A stretch of DNA of 64,000 nucleotides, from positions 198,712,001-198,776,000 of the forward strand of contig NC_058368.1 of assembly GCF_018350175.1 (NCBI RefSeq). The letters run 5' to 3'. The stretch comes from Felis catus (Eukaryota). Under the pieces are notes generated by a model. It was not told the origin of the DNA, made no database searches, and worked only from the letters and a program-made list of their open reading frames with translations. Position numbers and translations under genes: made by a program. Shown here piece by piece: positions 11,201-22,936 of the stretch (position 1 is the first letter of the stretch; every line of letters starts with the position of its first letter).

Positions 11201-14200
11201 AAGTGATTGTCTTGGTAGTAATATGGAACGCTTTTAGGATTAACATACGAATGCTGACATGTAGGCTTGCTTATGCCGGCTTGTGATCTGCTTTCTTCAG
11301 AAGATGTATCTCTCATGCAGAATTAGAATATAATATTTTGTGGCATTGAAGAGAATGATCTGCAGGAGCACGAGCGTTCCATAGTAGAGGCGTGATTCTC
11401 TTCTTGGTTGGCTATTCATTACTAGGCTAGTATAGTCTGTAGGTCACTACGTTTTAAATTTTCAAAAGTAAAAAAAAAACGGTTTACAGTTGAAAGGAAA
11501 AGCTATCTTTTTTTTTTTTTTTTTAAAGTCAGGGAAAAACTGTGAGCCATCTAACTCTTCTGTTTTTCTTTTTGGTTCCCAGTGCAAAGTGAACTGAAGG
11601 GCTCCCCTTTGGTCAGCTCTAATAGGCTGTTCTTGAAGACACTCCACAGGCACTGCTAAACAGTTGCCAGTAGATGGCAGTACTGTTCCACTACAACATT
11701 TTTAAATTCCTTCATATGCTGCCTAACATTAAATCCCCAGCCTAATTTTGAAAAAGCCTGATTAGCTACATTAAGCAATGTTTGGGTGATTTTTTTTCTC
11801 TCCCTTTTTAAACTTACCGAATTATAGCCACAGCCTGAAAGAAAGCCATTACTGCTAGACAACATGATTATCAGTTGTAATGTAGTCAGTCCAGCATGGG
11901 AATGGCATAAAAGTTTTAAACTATATTTGTAAAAAGTCTATATAAATGTATAAAATGGTTAACAAGCATGATTATGATTTCTCACTTATATTGTCTCAAC
12001 TGTTTTTTCTTAATTCTATCTAGGGTAGCATCTGATCATTATGGTGGATCATCTGAGATGTGCATTTGTGTGTAAATGTTACTTCTTTTTATTCCTGTGG
12101 GTCTGCACATATGCTTTGCAAATGAAATATTTTTAATCCTGTTAAGATGTATGTCTTCGTGTATATTAACTAGCTTGTCTACCAAAATAGCAAATATCTT
12201 TACAGTTTGTTTATTTGGAAGTTCAGGGACTAAGGCTATCTTTGGGGATGGATAAATTACCTTTTTGAAGGTTTTTTTTTTTTTTTTTTGAAGTTGCTTT
12301 ACAGAAACCTGCAGTACAAAAAAATAGGCTGTTCTGTTTTTCTTTGTGATCTGGATTATGTTGTAGTAGTAATGTATTACGTAATAATCAACAATCTATT
12401 TTAGGTTGAATATGAAATACCTATAAATGATAATCGTTTAAATGGAAATTTGCGCAGACGATTAGTAGAATATATTTCCTGAACTTCTAAAATTTTTAAA
12501 TATTTCTAGGGAAGGTTTCATACTATGGGAGGGTGAAATTGATGATTTTTCCTTTTTAAGAAACAAAAACATTGTTAAGAATATTCCACTTGAGAAGAAG
12601 ATAAATATATTTTGTGAAATATTTAGTGAGAAGTCTTTCAAATTGAACTGAATTTTAGGAAAACTATGGCTAAACTGTTGACCTTTCATTTTCTCTCTAC
12701 TGAATTTGTATCTAGAATGGTAAAATGACTAATTACAGAATTGAGCTTTTTTTTTTTTCTTGAGACATTATAAAAAATGGAATGTAATGTTTTATTCTTG
12801 GTTACCTTTAAAGGCTTTAGCAGGTAGAGTAGAAAGAGATCAAACATCTGTGTGCTGCTAAGTATTATAAAAGCCCTGTTTCAGTTACCACTTTTTTTTT
12901 TTTTTTTTTTTTTTTTGCTTACCCTGTGAGGATATTCCAGTAGTCTTAACCACTATATAGCCTTGAAATTTGCAACATAAGCCATAGCCTGTGGAAGCTC
13001 CTGGTGATATGGCTTGTAATTCTTAACAGGTTTTGTTCCTATTTTTTTAACCCCGTGACATGATTAGTAAATTTTAAAAACGTAGTCGTGGTGTGTGTGT
13101 GTACGTGCACGTATACATACACATGTGATGTAGAAACAACTGTTGCAAAGTAAAACACGTTGGTGGGAATTTGGGAAGCTTATGCTAGGATGTATGAGAC
13201 CTGGGGCCATGTTTGGGGTCTCCCAGCAAACAGATGAATATACTAATAACACATTCCCAAGAGTTTTAGTTGTGTTCTTCTATGAGACGTGAGCCAGCCA
13301 AGAAGCAAAGAAATCGAAGTTTCTTCTAGTGGCTCACAGTGGAGCGAAACACTGGGCGTAAGGAGCATTTCCTATCTCCCCGGGAAGTTTGGTTCGCGGA
13401 GTGATGAGGCATAAGCAGGGCTGGGAGGGCGTGCAATTGAAGCGGTGCTGTTGAGTGATACATTTTGAAAGAGTAGCTTAAAGTTTTGATAGGAGTAACA
13501 TATTGACTGAAAATTTCCTGTCAGCGAATTTGTACAGGGCTGGATTCATTTCTGCCTTATTCAGTACCTTGGGAGAAGTCCGGATTCTCCCCATTTGACT
13601 AGAAATCGATTTCTCAAGCAGTGTTTCTCTCCAGCCAGCTATAGGATGAGGGTGGACAAAAAAAAAAAAAAAAAATTGGCTTTGTTTCTATTTTATGCAC
13701 AGCCAGACTTGCTCTTATGTTTGTAATATTTAAAGGAGTTCAATAGGAGGCCCTTGATTCTTTGATCTAATGCCACAGTGCTGTTTAATGAGAAAGGTTT
13801 TTAATATCGTGTGCAATATTGAAAATTTCTGCCAGCTCAGACCAATATAATATAATGTTAGATTTACACCTTGGATCCCTTCTTTTATTTCTTGTCATGA
13901 ATCCTCAGTGCTCCCCCTCCCCCGCCCCTCCCCGGCTGAAACAGGTAATTACAAAGGTCCTCAGATCAATTTTTGTAAAGGGGCACCCTGACGGGTACCA
14001 TGACTGAAGTGTGACATGAGCCTTTTCCAATACAATGGGTGGCCTAACATTCCTCTGGAAGCCCAAGCTCATTAAATATTCGGTTCCTTTTTTCCCCCCT
14101 CTCCCCCCTTCATGCACTTAGCTTGAGTCACACTAAGTCTGGGGTTTCTTCACTGAAGACTTAGGAAAATTGCTTCGAGTTCTCAGATTGAATTTTTTAT

Positions 14201-16249
14201 GTGTATGACTTCATGATAGCATTAGCATGTGCTTTGATCCATGTGTGAATGGCGCTGGGTCGGCGCTTATTGCCATATCCAGATGGTGTTACAGGGAACA
14301 AACAGTTGTGTTTTAGGATTTCTCAATAGACTGTCTAGACTGGCCGTGCAGCAGACAGATACAGCCACCCATCAAATTAGCGTTTGTCAGATTTATGGTA
14401 ATGGTTCACCAAAGCCTTCCTGTCATTGACATTAAGATTTACGCCTCCAAAGTTATTTTGTCTTCCACAGAATATAGCTTGTGATTGCTCGGATTTAAAA
14501 AAAAAAAAAAAAAGTTTAAGACAGAAAAGTCTTACTGAATGTGAGCTGTTTCTGAATGAAAAGAAAAATATAAAAGGAATTAAACAGTGGCTGTGGCTCA
14601 GGGGCTGTATTGATTAGGGAAAGGCACCCTTTCCGCCCCCACCCACCCGCAAGTGATAAGAAGGATGTTCTGTTCAGGTCAGTGTCTCCCATTTGCCCTT
14701 GTTGGAAAGAAAAACATGTATGTGGGTGACTCTGGCCAGATTCTGCCCTTTCATGTTGTTACTCTGGGGTAACGTGATCTCCTGCCCCAACGCGGTGGGA
14801 ATAACCTTTTGACAGGCAGTATGTCCATTCTCAGTGGAAATGTTTTCCCAAGTCTGGCCAGGCTGCCTTTGATCATACCTCCTTCCAACGTGGGGTCACA
14901 GCTACTATGCTATGCAAGAGTCACTGGTTCCTGCGTGGAAAGTGAGAGACATGAGGGTTTAGAATAAATAAATAAATATGACCCAAACCCTCTTAAATTC
15001 TCAATCACTGATGTGATAAAGCTGGAAGTAGGGAAATGCCTACGTGGAGCATTCAGGACACTTCAGGTTAAACTTCGCGTGTGCGTCTTTTTGCATAAAT
15101 GGATCCCGCCACGTATTATTTAGCACGTTTTGTCCAAAGCGGTTTGAGTAGCGAGGGTCCATCCCATCCCTGGCATGCTGAGGCATGTCTGAAAATGTGT
15201 TTTCCTATTGTATGATGGTGCAGATGACAAATGGTGAAGAGGCTGGGGGTTGATTAAAACTCCCAGACGGCCATGGCAGACAATATATAGGGAAACAGGC
15301 TTTGCAGAGGTGAAAAGCTCCAGCATTTTTCAAAGGAAGCTCTTTCATCTGTCTGAGAACGGGCATTTGGGGAAACCCCTGCTAACCCCTTTGGTATGTC
15401 AGGATTGAGAACTACTGCCTGCTCTGTTACAGGGCAGAATCCTCACTCGCAGGGTATCTCTCATCTAGCCCGGTGGCTGGTGCAAAGTGATCTCCATTAC
15501 TGAATAAAGAGCGGTATTAAATGTGCACCGCACTGGAGACTTCCTGCTAACCTCCAGTAGCCCCTGCGTCTCTGAGGTGGTTTTACCCCCCTCCTTCCGC
15601 CCTTCCTTCCTTCCTTCTTCCAGCCTCCCCTTCCTTTCGCTCTTGTGCCATACAGCAGTCATTTGATAGACTCTATTTGGGCTCTCTGTAAAGGCTTCTT
15701 ACTCACACATGTGTTCAAATTTAGTGATAAGTGCGCTTTAACGCGGTAACAACAACAACAACAAAACGATGTTGGTGTTTTATTTCAGCACTAATTACAA
15801 GTCACATTCTCTCCAACATCATGCGATGGATTTTCAGTTCCGCCCATTTTCCAAGTCTTTAAATATTGAATTAAGTGCACTAAATTAAAATAATTTTCTG
15901 TATTAATTCAAGCAATCAAGCATTCACTTAGTTTGGGGTGTATTTTTTGACGGAGTTATGACTAAGTTACTGAGAATTTATCTATGTTATGTTGATATAA
16001 AACTAGATTTCTCAGAAAAAACACGGGAACATTTTTGCTAAACAGAATTTTCCTCCAAAACTTCCTTGCCCCGTCCCTCCTGGTCTTTTCCTTTCTTGCC
16101 GGTTTTGCTCAGGTAGCTAAGAGTTATCCTTTTGGATTCCTCTTGCAAAGCATATTTCTTAAGGACGCAATGATTTTTACTTTGTTTTGATTAATTTATT
16201 GTTAAAAGGGTTATCATTTGAGCAGTGCCTCAAAATAAGTCTGATGACT

Positions 16250-16413
16250 GGGTGCCTTGGTAACTGGCTCTGTCGGTGAAGCATTAGACTCTTGGTTTTG
16301 GCTCAGGCCAGGATCTCACAGTTTGTGGGCTCAAGCACGGAGCCTGCTTGGGATCCCTTCTCCCTCTCTGCCTGCCCCTCCCCCCACTCACTTGCTCTCA
16401 AAAATAAACTTAA
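16250..16413 (+). mobile_element. Can-SINE, internally deleted, 3' end rearranged
   Basis: Head gggtgcc..ggctc.gtcgg, then ggctcaggccaggatctcacagtt, gagcctgcttgggat, aaaaataaac. Confidence 0.88.
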
Positions 16414-17552
16414 GGCAGTAATCAGATTTATGTTTTTTATCTTTTACAGTGCTTAATCAGAGTTATGGCAGCGGGGGATGGGGTTATGGGGGGTGCTTCT
16501 TACGTTAGTAGTCTGTCTAGAACAGTTACCATCTTGGACTTGAACTATTTTAAGTTTGTTGTAAGAAACAGTATAATTTTTACAAGACACATTTATAGTG
16601 TTTTTAAAAAGTTAACTGCCCTTCTTACACGTGTGTTTTCTTAGAAATTGGAAGGGATGAACGGAAGGCCAATCTTTTTGCAATGCGTGCGAAGCATTAT
16701 TTGAATAAAATCCTTTTTCTTCAGTTGAAGACTACCTTCTCTGAGAATTTTCCACATTTATGATTTGGGGTTTGCTATTTTCGAATGAAATTTTGACTGT
16801 ATACTTTATGCTATATTTTCTTGATCAAATAACCTATTTAAAGAACTCCTAGGATGTTAGACCTTACAGAGCATCTCATCGAACAATCTCGCTTTTCCAG
16901 TTGCAGATGGAGGGAGGCATGGCTAGGTTAAGTGTTTTTGCCCCAAAGCTGGGCTGCAGCGCTGCCATTCAGGTGTGTCGGTCCCTGCTTCCCCATTAAA
17001 ACACTACTTTTAGGGAGCCAGAGATAGACTGACTTTGATCCCCCCCCCCATCTTACCTGCTTAACCTTAATCTCCATTTGACTAATTAGATCAAAGTTAA
17101 GAAAGTGTACTTCATTTTTTGAGATTATACCAGTAGAGAAAATATAAAAAATAAAGTCCAGTGTGACAGATACTGTTAACTGCATACCCAATAGCCATTC
17201 ATCCATTTTTGGTATAAGAACCGTAGTTTTATTTGAGGTAGCAATGTGTCCAGACCTAGGCAGTGAATCACGATTTGTCTAAGATGCTTAGGACTCCTAG
17301 GTTGTGTCCATCTGAGTTGCTTTGTCCTGACCAATGATGGGAGTGGTGGTGCCGTCTGCTAGAGGTGCTTTTGGGAAAACTTCTGCTTTCTTATGAAAGG
17401 GACGGATGTGATTGCCTCAGTTCCCCCACCCCTTACCCCGCCCCCTTGCTTTTCCTCTTACCTTGAACATCGCTATGACCTCTGGAGCTCCTGTAGCCTT
17501 CTTGCTACCTTGGAGGGTTTTTTAAATTATTTATTTATTTTTTAAGTAAGTC

Positions 17553-17592
<40 letters not shown>
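17553..17592. repeat. (CT)12(AT)8 compound microsatellite
   Basis: Read directly from the sequence. Confidence 0.9.
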
Positions 17593-17774
17593 TTTTTTGA
17601 AGTTTACTTATTTATTTGGGGGGAGGGGCAGAGAGAGAAAGAGAATATCCCAAGCAGGCTCCATGCTGTCAGCACAGAGCCCGATGCACAGCTCAGTTCC
17701 ATGAACTGTGAGATTACGACCTGAGCCGAAATCAAGAGCTGGATGGTTAACCGACTGAGCCACCCACGCACTCC
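17593..17774 (-). mobile_element. Can-SINE
   Basis: ttaaccgactgagccaccca head on the minus strand. TSD agtcct(c/a)tctct. Confidence 0.92.
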
Positions 17775-17815
17775 AGTCCTATCTCTTGACACCAGGGGTT
17801 GACATTTTGATTAAA

Positions 17816-18002
17816 CTGGTGGTTGGCAAATTATCCTGTGGGCTGGCTGCCATTTTTTGTAAATGACGTGTTGTTGGGACACCATCACGCCCATTTGTGC
17901 TTTCGTGCTACGAGGACAGAGTTGAGTAGTTGCCACAGAGACTATTTGGCCCACAAGCCTAAAATGTTTACTCTCTGGCCCTTTTAAGCTTGTTGACCCT
18001 TG
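17816..18002 (+). mobile_element. MER58A-like hAT-Charlie DNA transposon
   Basis: ggttggcaaa...cagagttgagtagttgccacagagactatttggcccacaagcctaaaatgtttactctctggccct...gaccct matches the recalled MER58A consensus. Confidence 0.85.
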
Positions 18003-19279
18003 GTGTAAAGCACCATAAAGTGAGTTTTCTGTTACTTGCAGCCAAACACGTTCCTAGTAGAATCAACCAGTAACCGAAGATCTCTGAACAAATTTGTGAC
18101 TTAGCATTTCCACCTGTTCAGATTACTTGTCTGGTTAAACAGATCTGCTCTGGACAAGCATGTTCATTATTTGGGGTTTTGTCCACTAATCTCTACATCT
18201 TTCCTTAACTTTTGACTATTTTTACATTTTCTTTTTAAAAGATGAGAACATCAACACGTTTCACTTAAGTGCAGCCTAAAACTTACATCAGCTGTTTGCT
18301 GTTCGAATGTTATAACTGTCTAAGGAATTGCTCTCTGGAGCATCGGTAAGGAAGATTTCCCAGTTTTTGTTGAGTGAATAGGGTCTATTGATGGATTTTA
18401 GTCTTAACTGATATGACAGCTTCCTGCCACCCCCCCCCCCCATAACTTGTTGTCCTCTGTGATCTAGTAGGACTAGAGAAAAAAACAGCAATAATACCCA
18501 CTCTATGATCATATGCCCTACTTGGTGCAAATCAAATCAAGTCACTAACCTGATATAGGAAGATAACTTGGAAATACGTTTCTGGTTTCAGTAACAGCTA
18601 TAATTGGACTGTCTGTCTTTTGGGCAATAAACAGAATCCTAGTTTGATTTTGCATGAAGATAGAACATCCCTTTATGTGTGAATACAAAGATAAAAGTTA
18701 CCTAATAAAAAATACTTTTCTGCTGGTTGCTGAAACATATCAGGTAGTACTTGTATTAGGAGACTCTGGATTAACCAGGAGTCTTGCTAACTGAGTTAAC
18801 TTCTCTATGCCACAGTTTTATATCGACGAGAAGAGATTGGACTGTAGGTCCAATTAATATATTTAGGGTCTCTTCTAATTCTAACATGGTTATACTTTGG
18901 AAAGTCTTCAGAGTGGTTGAAACCCATTTGAGGATTAGTGGATTCAAACAACACAAAATAACAAAACTCTTAGGGAAAATTGAGATGCTTCATCAGAATG
19001 ACCTTTTAATTTTGAAGCCCGTGCCTCAGATTTTGTCGTTGCACAAGTATCCTTCAGTGTCAGAGGAATTTTCTTGGAATGAAAACTTCTGGGTGAGCCT
19101 GGGTTCTGTAGTGGAGATTTGCAGTGCTGTATTTTGACAATCAAATACGATGTATTTCACAATATATTTTAAAAAATAAGACCTTGAGTTCCTTCAAACC
19201 ACTGTCTTGAAAATATGTATTTTCAAGGAAATAATGGAAGCAAATTAGTTGGAAAGTCAGTGGAATCCAGTACACTGCT

Positions 19280-19332
19280 AATACATGATTATTTCAATCA
19301 AAATACCAATACATGATTATTTCAGTCAAAAT
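19280..19332. repeat. 28-bp period tandem duplication
   Basis: aatacatgattatttcaatcaaaat (19280-19304) and aatacatgattatttcagtcaaaat (19308-19332), 24/25 identical. Confidence 0.9.
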
Positions 19333-19992
19333 TCTCTTACCTTGCTTAAGAAATGACATTTCATGAAAGCCAAAATTTAAATGGGGAATTTTATGATTAC
19401 AATACCTGTGTCATGGAATCTTAATACTATTTTGAAGTAGGTACATTTGGACTTGTATTGCTTTTTGGTAAGAACGACTTTGTAGCAAAGAAAAACCTTG
19501 TTTTGTGAATTAATGCTTGTTGTGTCTTGCTTTTCAGATTACACAGAAGGAATAAAGGAATAAACATTTTGGTAGAGTTTAAGCTAAATGTTAAGAGAAA
19601 ACAAATTCCCTTATTTCTACTACTTAGTTCTTTGAAAAAGGAAAAAAGGACTAAAGTATGTTCTAATTAACACTCTATAATGCCCCAACTCACTTGTATC
19701 TTTATACATTTAAGAGAAATTTGTGATGTAAGAAAAAGATAACTATTTGACTCCTTTGAGGAAAAAGGTGGGTTGTAAAATAAATGAAAGTTAAAAAGTA
19801 AGAAAGGCTGCTAGTTTAAAAGACTGGAGGAATGTTGACTTAGCAAATAACTCTTCATAAATTAGCCTTTATGTATGCAGTGTATCTGGCCAGTGTCTAG
19901 GTACTAACAAACGATTGGAGGTGAATTTTTTTCATTAAATGTGGTTTCAAAGAGAGAAGACCTCAAAATTGTCATTTAAAAAGAATAGCATT

Positions 19993-20200
19993 GGGGCACC
20001 TGGGTGGCTTCGTCGATTAAGGGTCCAACTCTTAAATCCGGCTCAGGTCATGATCTCAAGGTTCGTGAGGTCGAGCCCTGCATCGGGCTTTGTGCTGAGA
20101 GCACAGAGCCTGCTTGGGATTCTCTCTCTCCTTCTCTCCCTCTCTGCCCCTCCCCACTGCACACACGCTCTCTCTCTCTCTCAAAATAAACATTTAAAAA
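19993..20200 (+). mobile_element. Can-SINE
   Basis: Typical head and tail. TSD aagaatagcatt / aaaaatggcatt. Confidence 0.93.
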
Positions 20201-20339
20201 AAATGGCATTGTGCTATAAAATCCAGGCACACATATTTTTCTAATATTGTAAGGGATATGGTAGTGAATAATGAATTCTATACCACTTTAGTTTCTGTCC
20301 ATATATAGTCCTGATAAATTATTTGACCCTTTTAAGATT

Positions 20340-22184
20340 ATTTTTTTAAACCCTATGTTTCTCCCCTTCCAATTCCCTCTAACCCTTCTCCAGTTTTCTT
20401 CACTTTCAACTACTTAGCTTTTTATTGTGGGTGTGTTTCCGTCATTCTAAATACTGTGCTAATATGGCTACTCCTTGATTTTTCACATTCTGGTATTATC
20501 TCTTGGCTTTTCACTTTGGAAGTGAGAATTTAGCTCTTTTTCCTTCCTTTCCTATGTCCCTATGTCCCCCCCCCCACCCCATCCACCCCCTTGCCCTCCC
20601 CACCCGCCCTTAGCCTGCCAATACGATTTCATTTGGGGCAGACCCATGGGTTCACAGTATAATGCCTTTGTAAATGCTATTCGTAGCTGTCTTGGAGTAT
20701 ATTAGGATAACCTTGTCCTCGTCCTCTGCTCTTCTCCCTGGAGTTACTGTCCTTTTGATCACTTAGTTGTATCCCTGTCAGTTCACTCCCCAGTATCTAC
20801 CCCCACCCCCGGTTGTGCAAATCTCCTCTTAATAATTTCAAACAGGTATGCTCTGCATTTGCATCTTGGTCCTCTGCTCGGTGGGGTTTCTTCCAGAGCT
20901 TCCAGTCAGTCTGCTCCCATTTGGACTGGTTGATGTCCAAACTGCTGCATGGCTCTACCCCCCCACCCCCACCCCGCCACCAACTGACCCCACTCCCTGC
21001 CCTAGGCCCCCTGAATTCTCAGGCCAGGGAGTCCCCTGTCATCTTGTGCAGGATTCTTGCTGGCCTCCAAGTCTTGGCCTTTCTTGGCTTTCTCCAGGGT
21101 GCATTGGGGGTCAGTTTTCTGACATTTTGCTTATCAAATTCATGATTGATGGTCTAATTGGTGTAGAATTCTAGGTTGGGAATAATTTTCCCTCGTGGTT
21201 TTGAAAGTACTGCTCCATTTAAATGCTTCTAAGCTTCCAGTTTTGCTCCCTAGAGGATCAGTGTCATTTTAATCTTGAACTCTTTGTATCTGATCTGCTT
21301 TTTGTAGTGGTGGTGATGGTGATTTTAGTTGTTGTTGTTGTTTTTTGTTTGTTTTAGAATCCTGTTGGAAACTCCAGGCTTAAATTTCATGGTCCCGTCA
21401 GAGTGTGACTGTTTTCATAGCCAGATGTGTTAGGCCCTTTCAACTTAAAAACTCAAATCCTTTAGTTCTGTGAAACTTTTTGATTTTTTTTTTTTTTCTT
21501 GTTGGCTCTCCTGTAGTGATCTTCTAATTCTCGTAACTTGTATTTTTCATTTCTTTGTCCTTTTGCTCTGTTTCTGGGGGATTTTTTTCACATTTATCTT
21601 AAGTCACTTATTGAGTTCTAAAATTTTGCTCACACGTTTTTTGTTTTTTTCCCTACTTCAACAACTCTTTTCTCTTTTTTTTGTTGTAGCATCCTGTTCT
21701 TTCATGAACATGTTATCTGTTAACTTTAGGCTTTTTTTGACATTAATAATATAGATCAGTTTTCATCTCCCTGTATAGCTCTGTTTATCTCAAGTTGCCT
21801 TTTGTTTCTGTTAGGTTTCTGTCTTTCATATTCATGGCTTTTCTTAGATGCGCAGTAATTCTCGTGTGTTTATATCTTTAAAAGTGGGGCATGTAAAGCT
21901 AATTCAGTTCTCTGTCCCTGTGTGGGACTTGTCTGTTCTTAGTCTCTCACCCCAGGGGTACTTGGTGGTTTTATTGGGGAGGCTTTAGTAATCATACCTT
22001 TAGGTTTTTTTCTCTTGGACTGGTCAGGTAGTCCCAACAAGAATCTTTCAAGGGGGCACCTGGGCGGCTCAGTCGGTTAAGCATCCGGCTTCAGCTCATG
22101 TCATGATCTCACAGTTCATGGGTTGGAGCCTTGCCTTGGGCTCTGTGCTGACAGCTCAGAGCCTGGAGCCTTCTTCAGATTCTG

Positions 22185-22248
<64 letters not shown>

Positions 22249-22936
22249 CCTTCCCCACTCATTCTCTGTCTCTGTCTCTCTCAAAAATAAACATTGGGAT
22301 AAAGAAACAAAAAACTTTCAAGCTCTCACTTGGAGAAGATAAGATAAACTTAGTTGTCAGTGCTCAGGGAAGCAAGTAGGCCGAAGGGCCCAGGGAGCTG
22401 AGGCTTCACTGTGTAAAAGTTTCCCCTGATTCTCCTTTTTCCGCCCCTACCCCTGCTGTAAGCACTACCTGGTTCTCCTCCTCCAGATACTGTGTTTGAT
22501 CCTTTCCAGGGAATAAGCCCGTAGTCTTCTACCGGGTAGACAGGAACTGGTGCCCAGCTAGTGAGATGGGGACACCCATCTAGAGCTGGAAGTCCTTGTG
22601 TAAAGGACTTGAAACCACTCCTTCTGTTTTCAGTCTCGCCTTTACTCCCCAGTGTAAGGGATCTCGGATTCCACGGATTCCTGACCTGCTCAGGAGCCCT
22701 GTGGGCCGGCTCCCCTGTCCCCCGCCGCTTGTTGAGATTGAATTCTTCTGGTCTGCTGGATCCCAGTCACCACTCGCTCTTCTGCTCTCTAGTCTCCCAG
22801 ATGTTGCTGTCACTTTCATTGTCCGAGTGTGTTTACGTCTTTTAATTTTTTTTTTAATCTTGTCATGACTTTAGTAAGGTTGCGGGAGAACGTGGATCTG
22901 CAGGATTTTCCCCGTCTGCCACTGGAATCAGAAGTC
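20340..22936 (-). mobile_element. HAL1/L1ME-type ancient LINE fragment
   Basis: ggtgtagaattctaggttgggaataattttccctc..tgctccatt..cttccagt, T-rich ORF1-like stretch, and terminal ..ggaatcagaagtc. Confidence 0.55.
22053..22308 (+). mobile_element. Can-SINE with long (CT)n
   Basis: Head ggggcacctgggcggctcagtcggttaagc, (CT)~30 at ~22187-22246, TSD ctttcaag. Confidence 0.94.

Larger units (their letters stand above)
17170..18062 (+). mobile_element. Old MLT1-type (MaLR) LTR interrupted by a Can-SINE and MER58
   Basis: ctgaccaatg..., tctggagctcctgtagccttcttgctacct and the 3' end ttttctgttacttgcagccaaa are typical of MLT1J/K-like LTRs. Confidence 0.55.

Noticed and set aside
19501..19575. Acceptor-like ttttcAG at 19536-19537 followed by a stop codon and two AATAAA
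   Set aside because: The polyA signals are only ~13-21 nt from the acceptor, too close for a normal terminal exon. Such motifs are common in introns.
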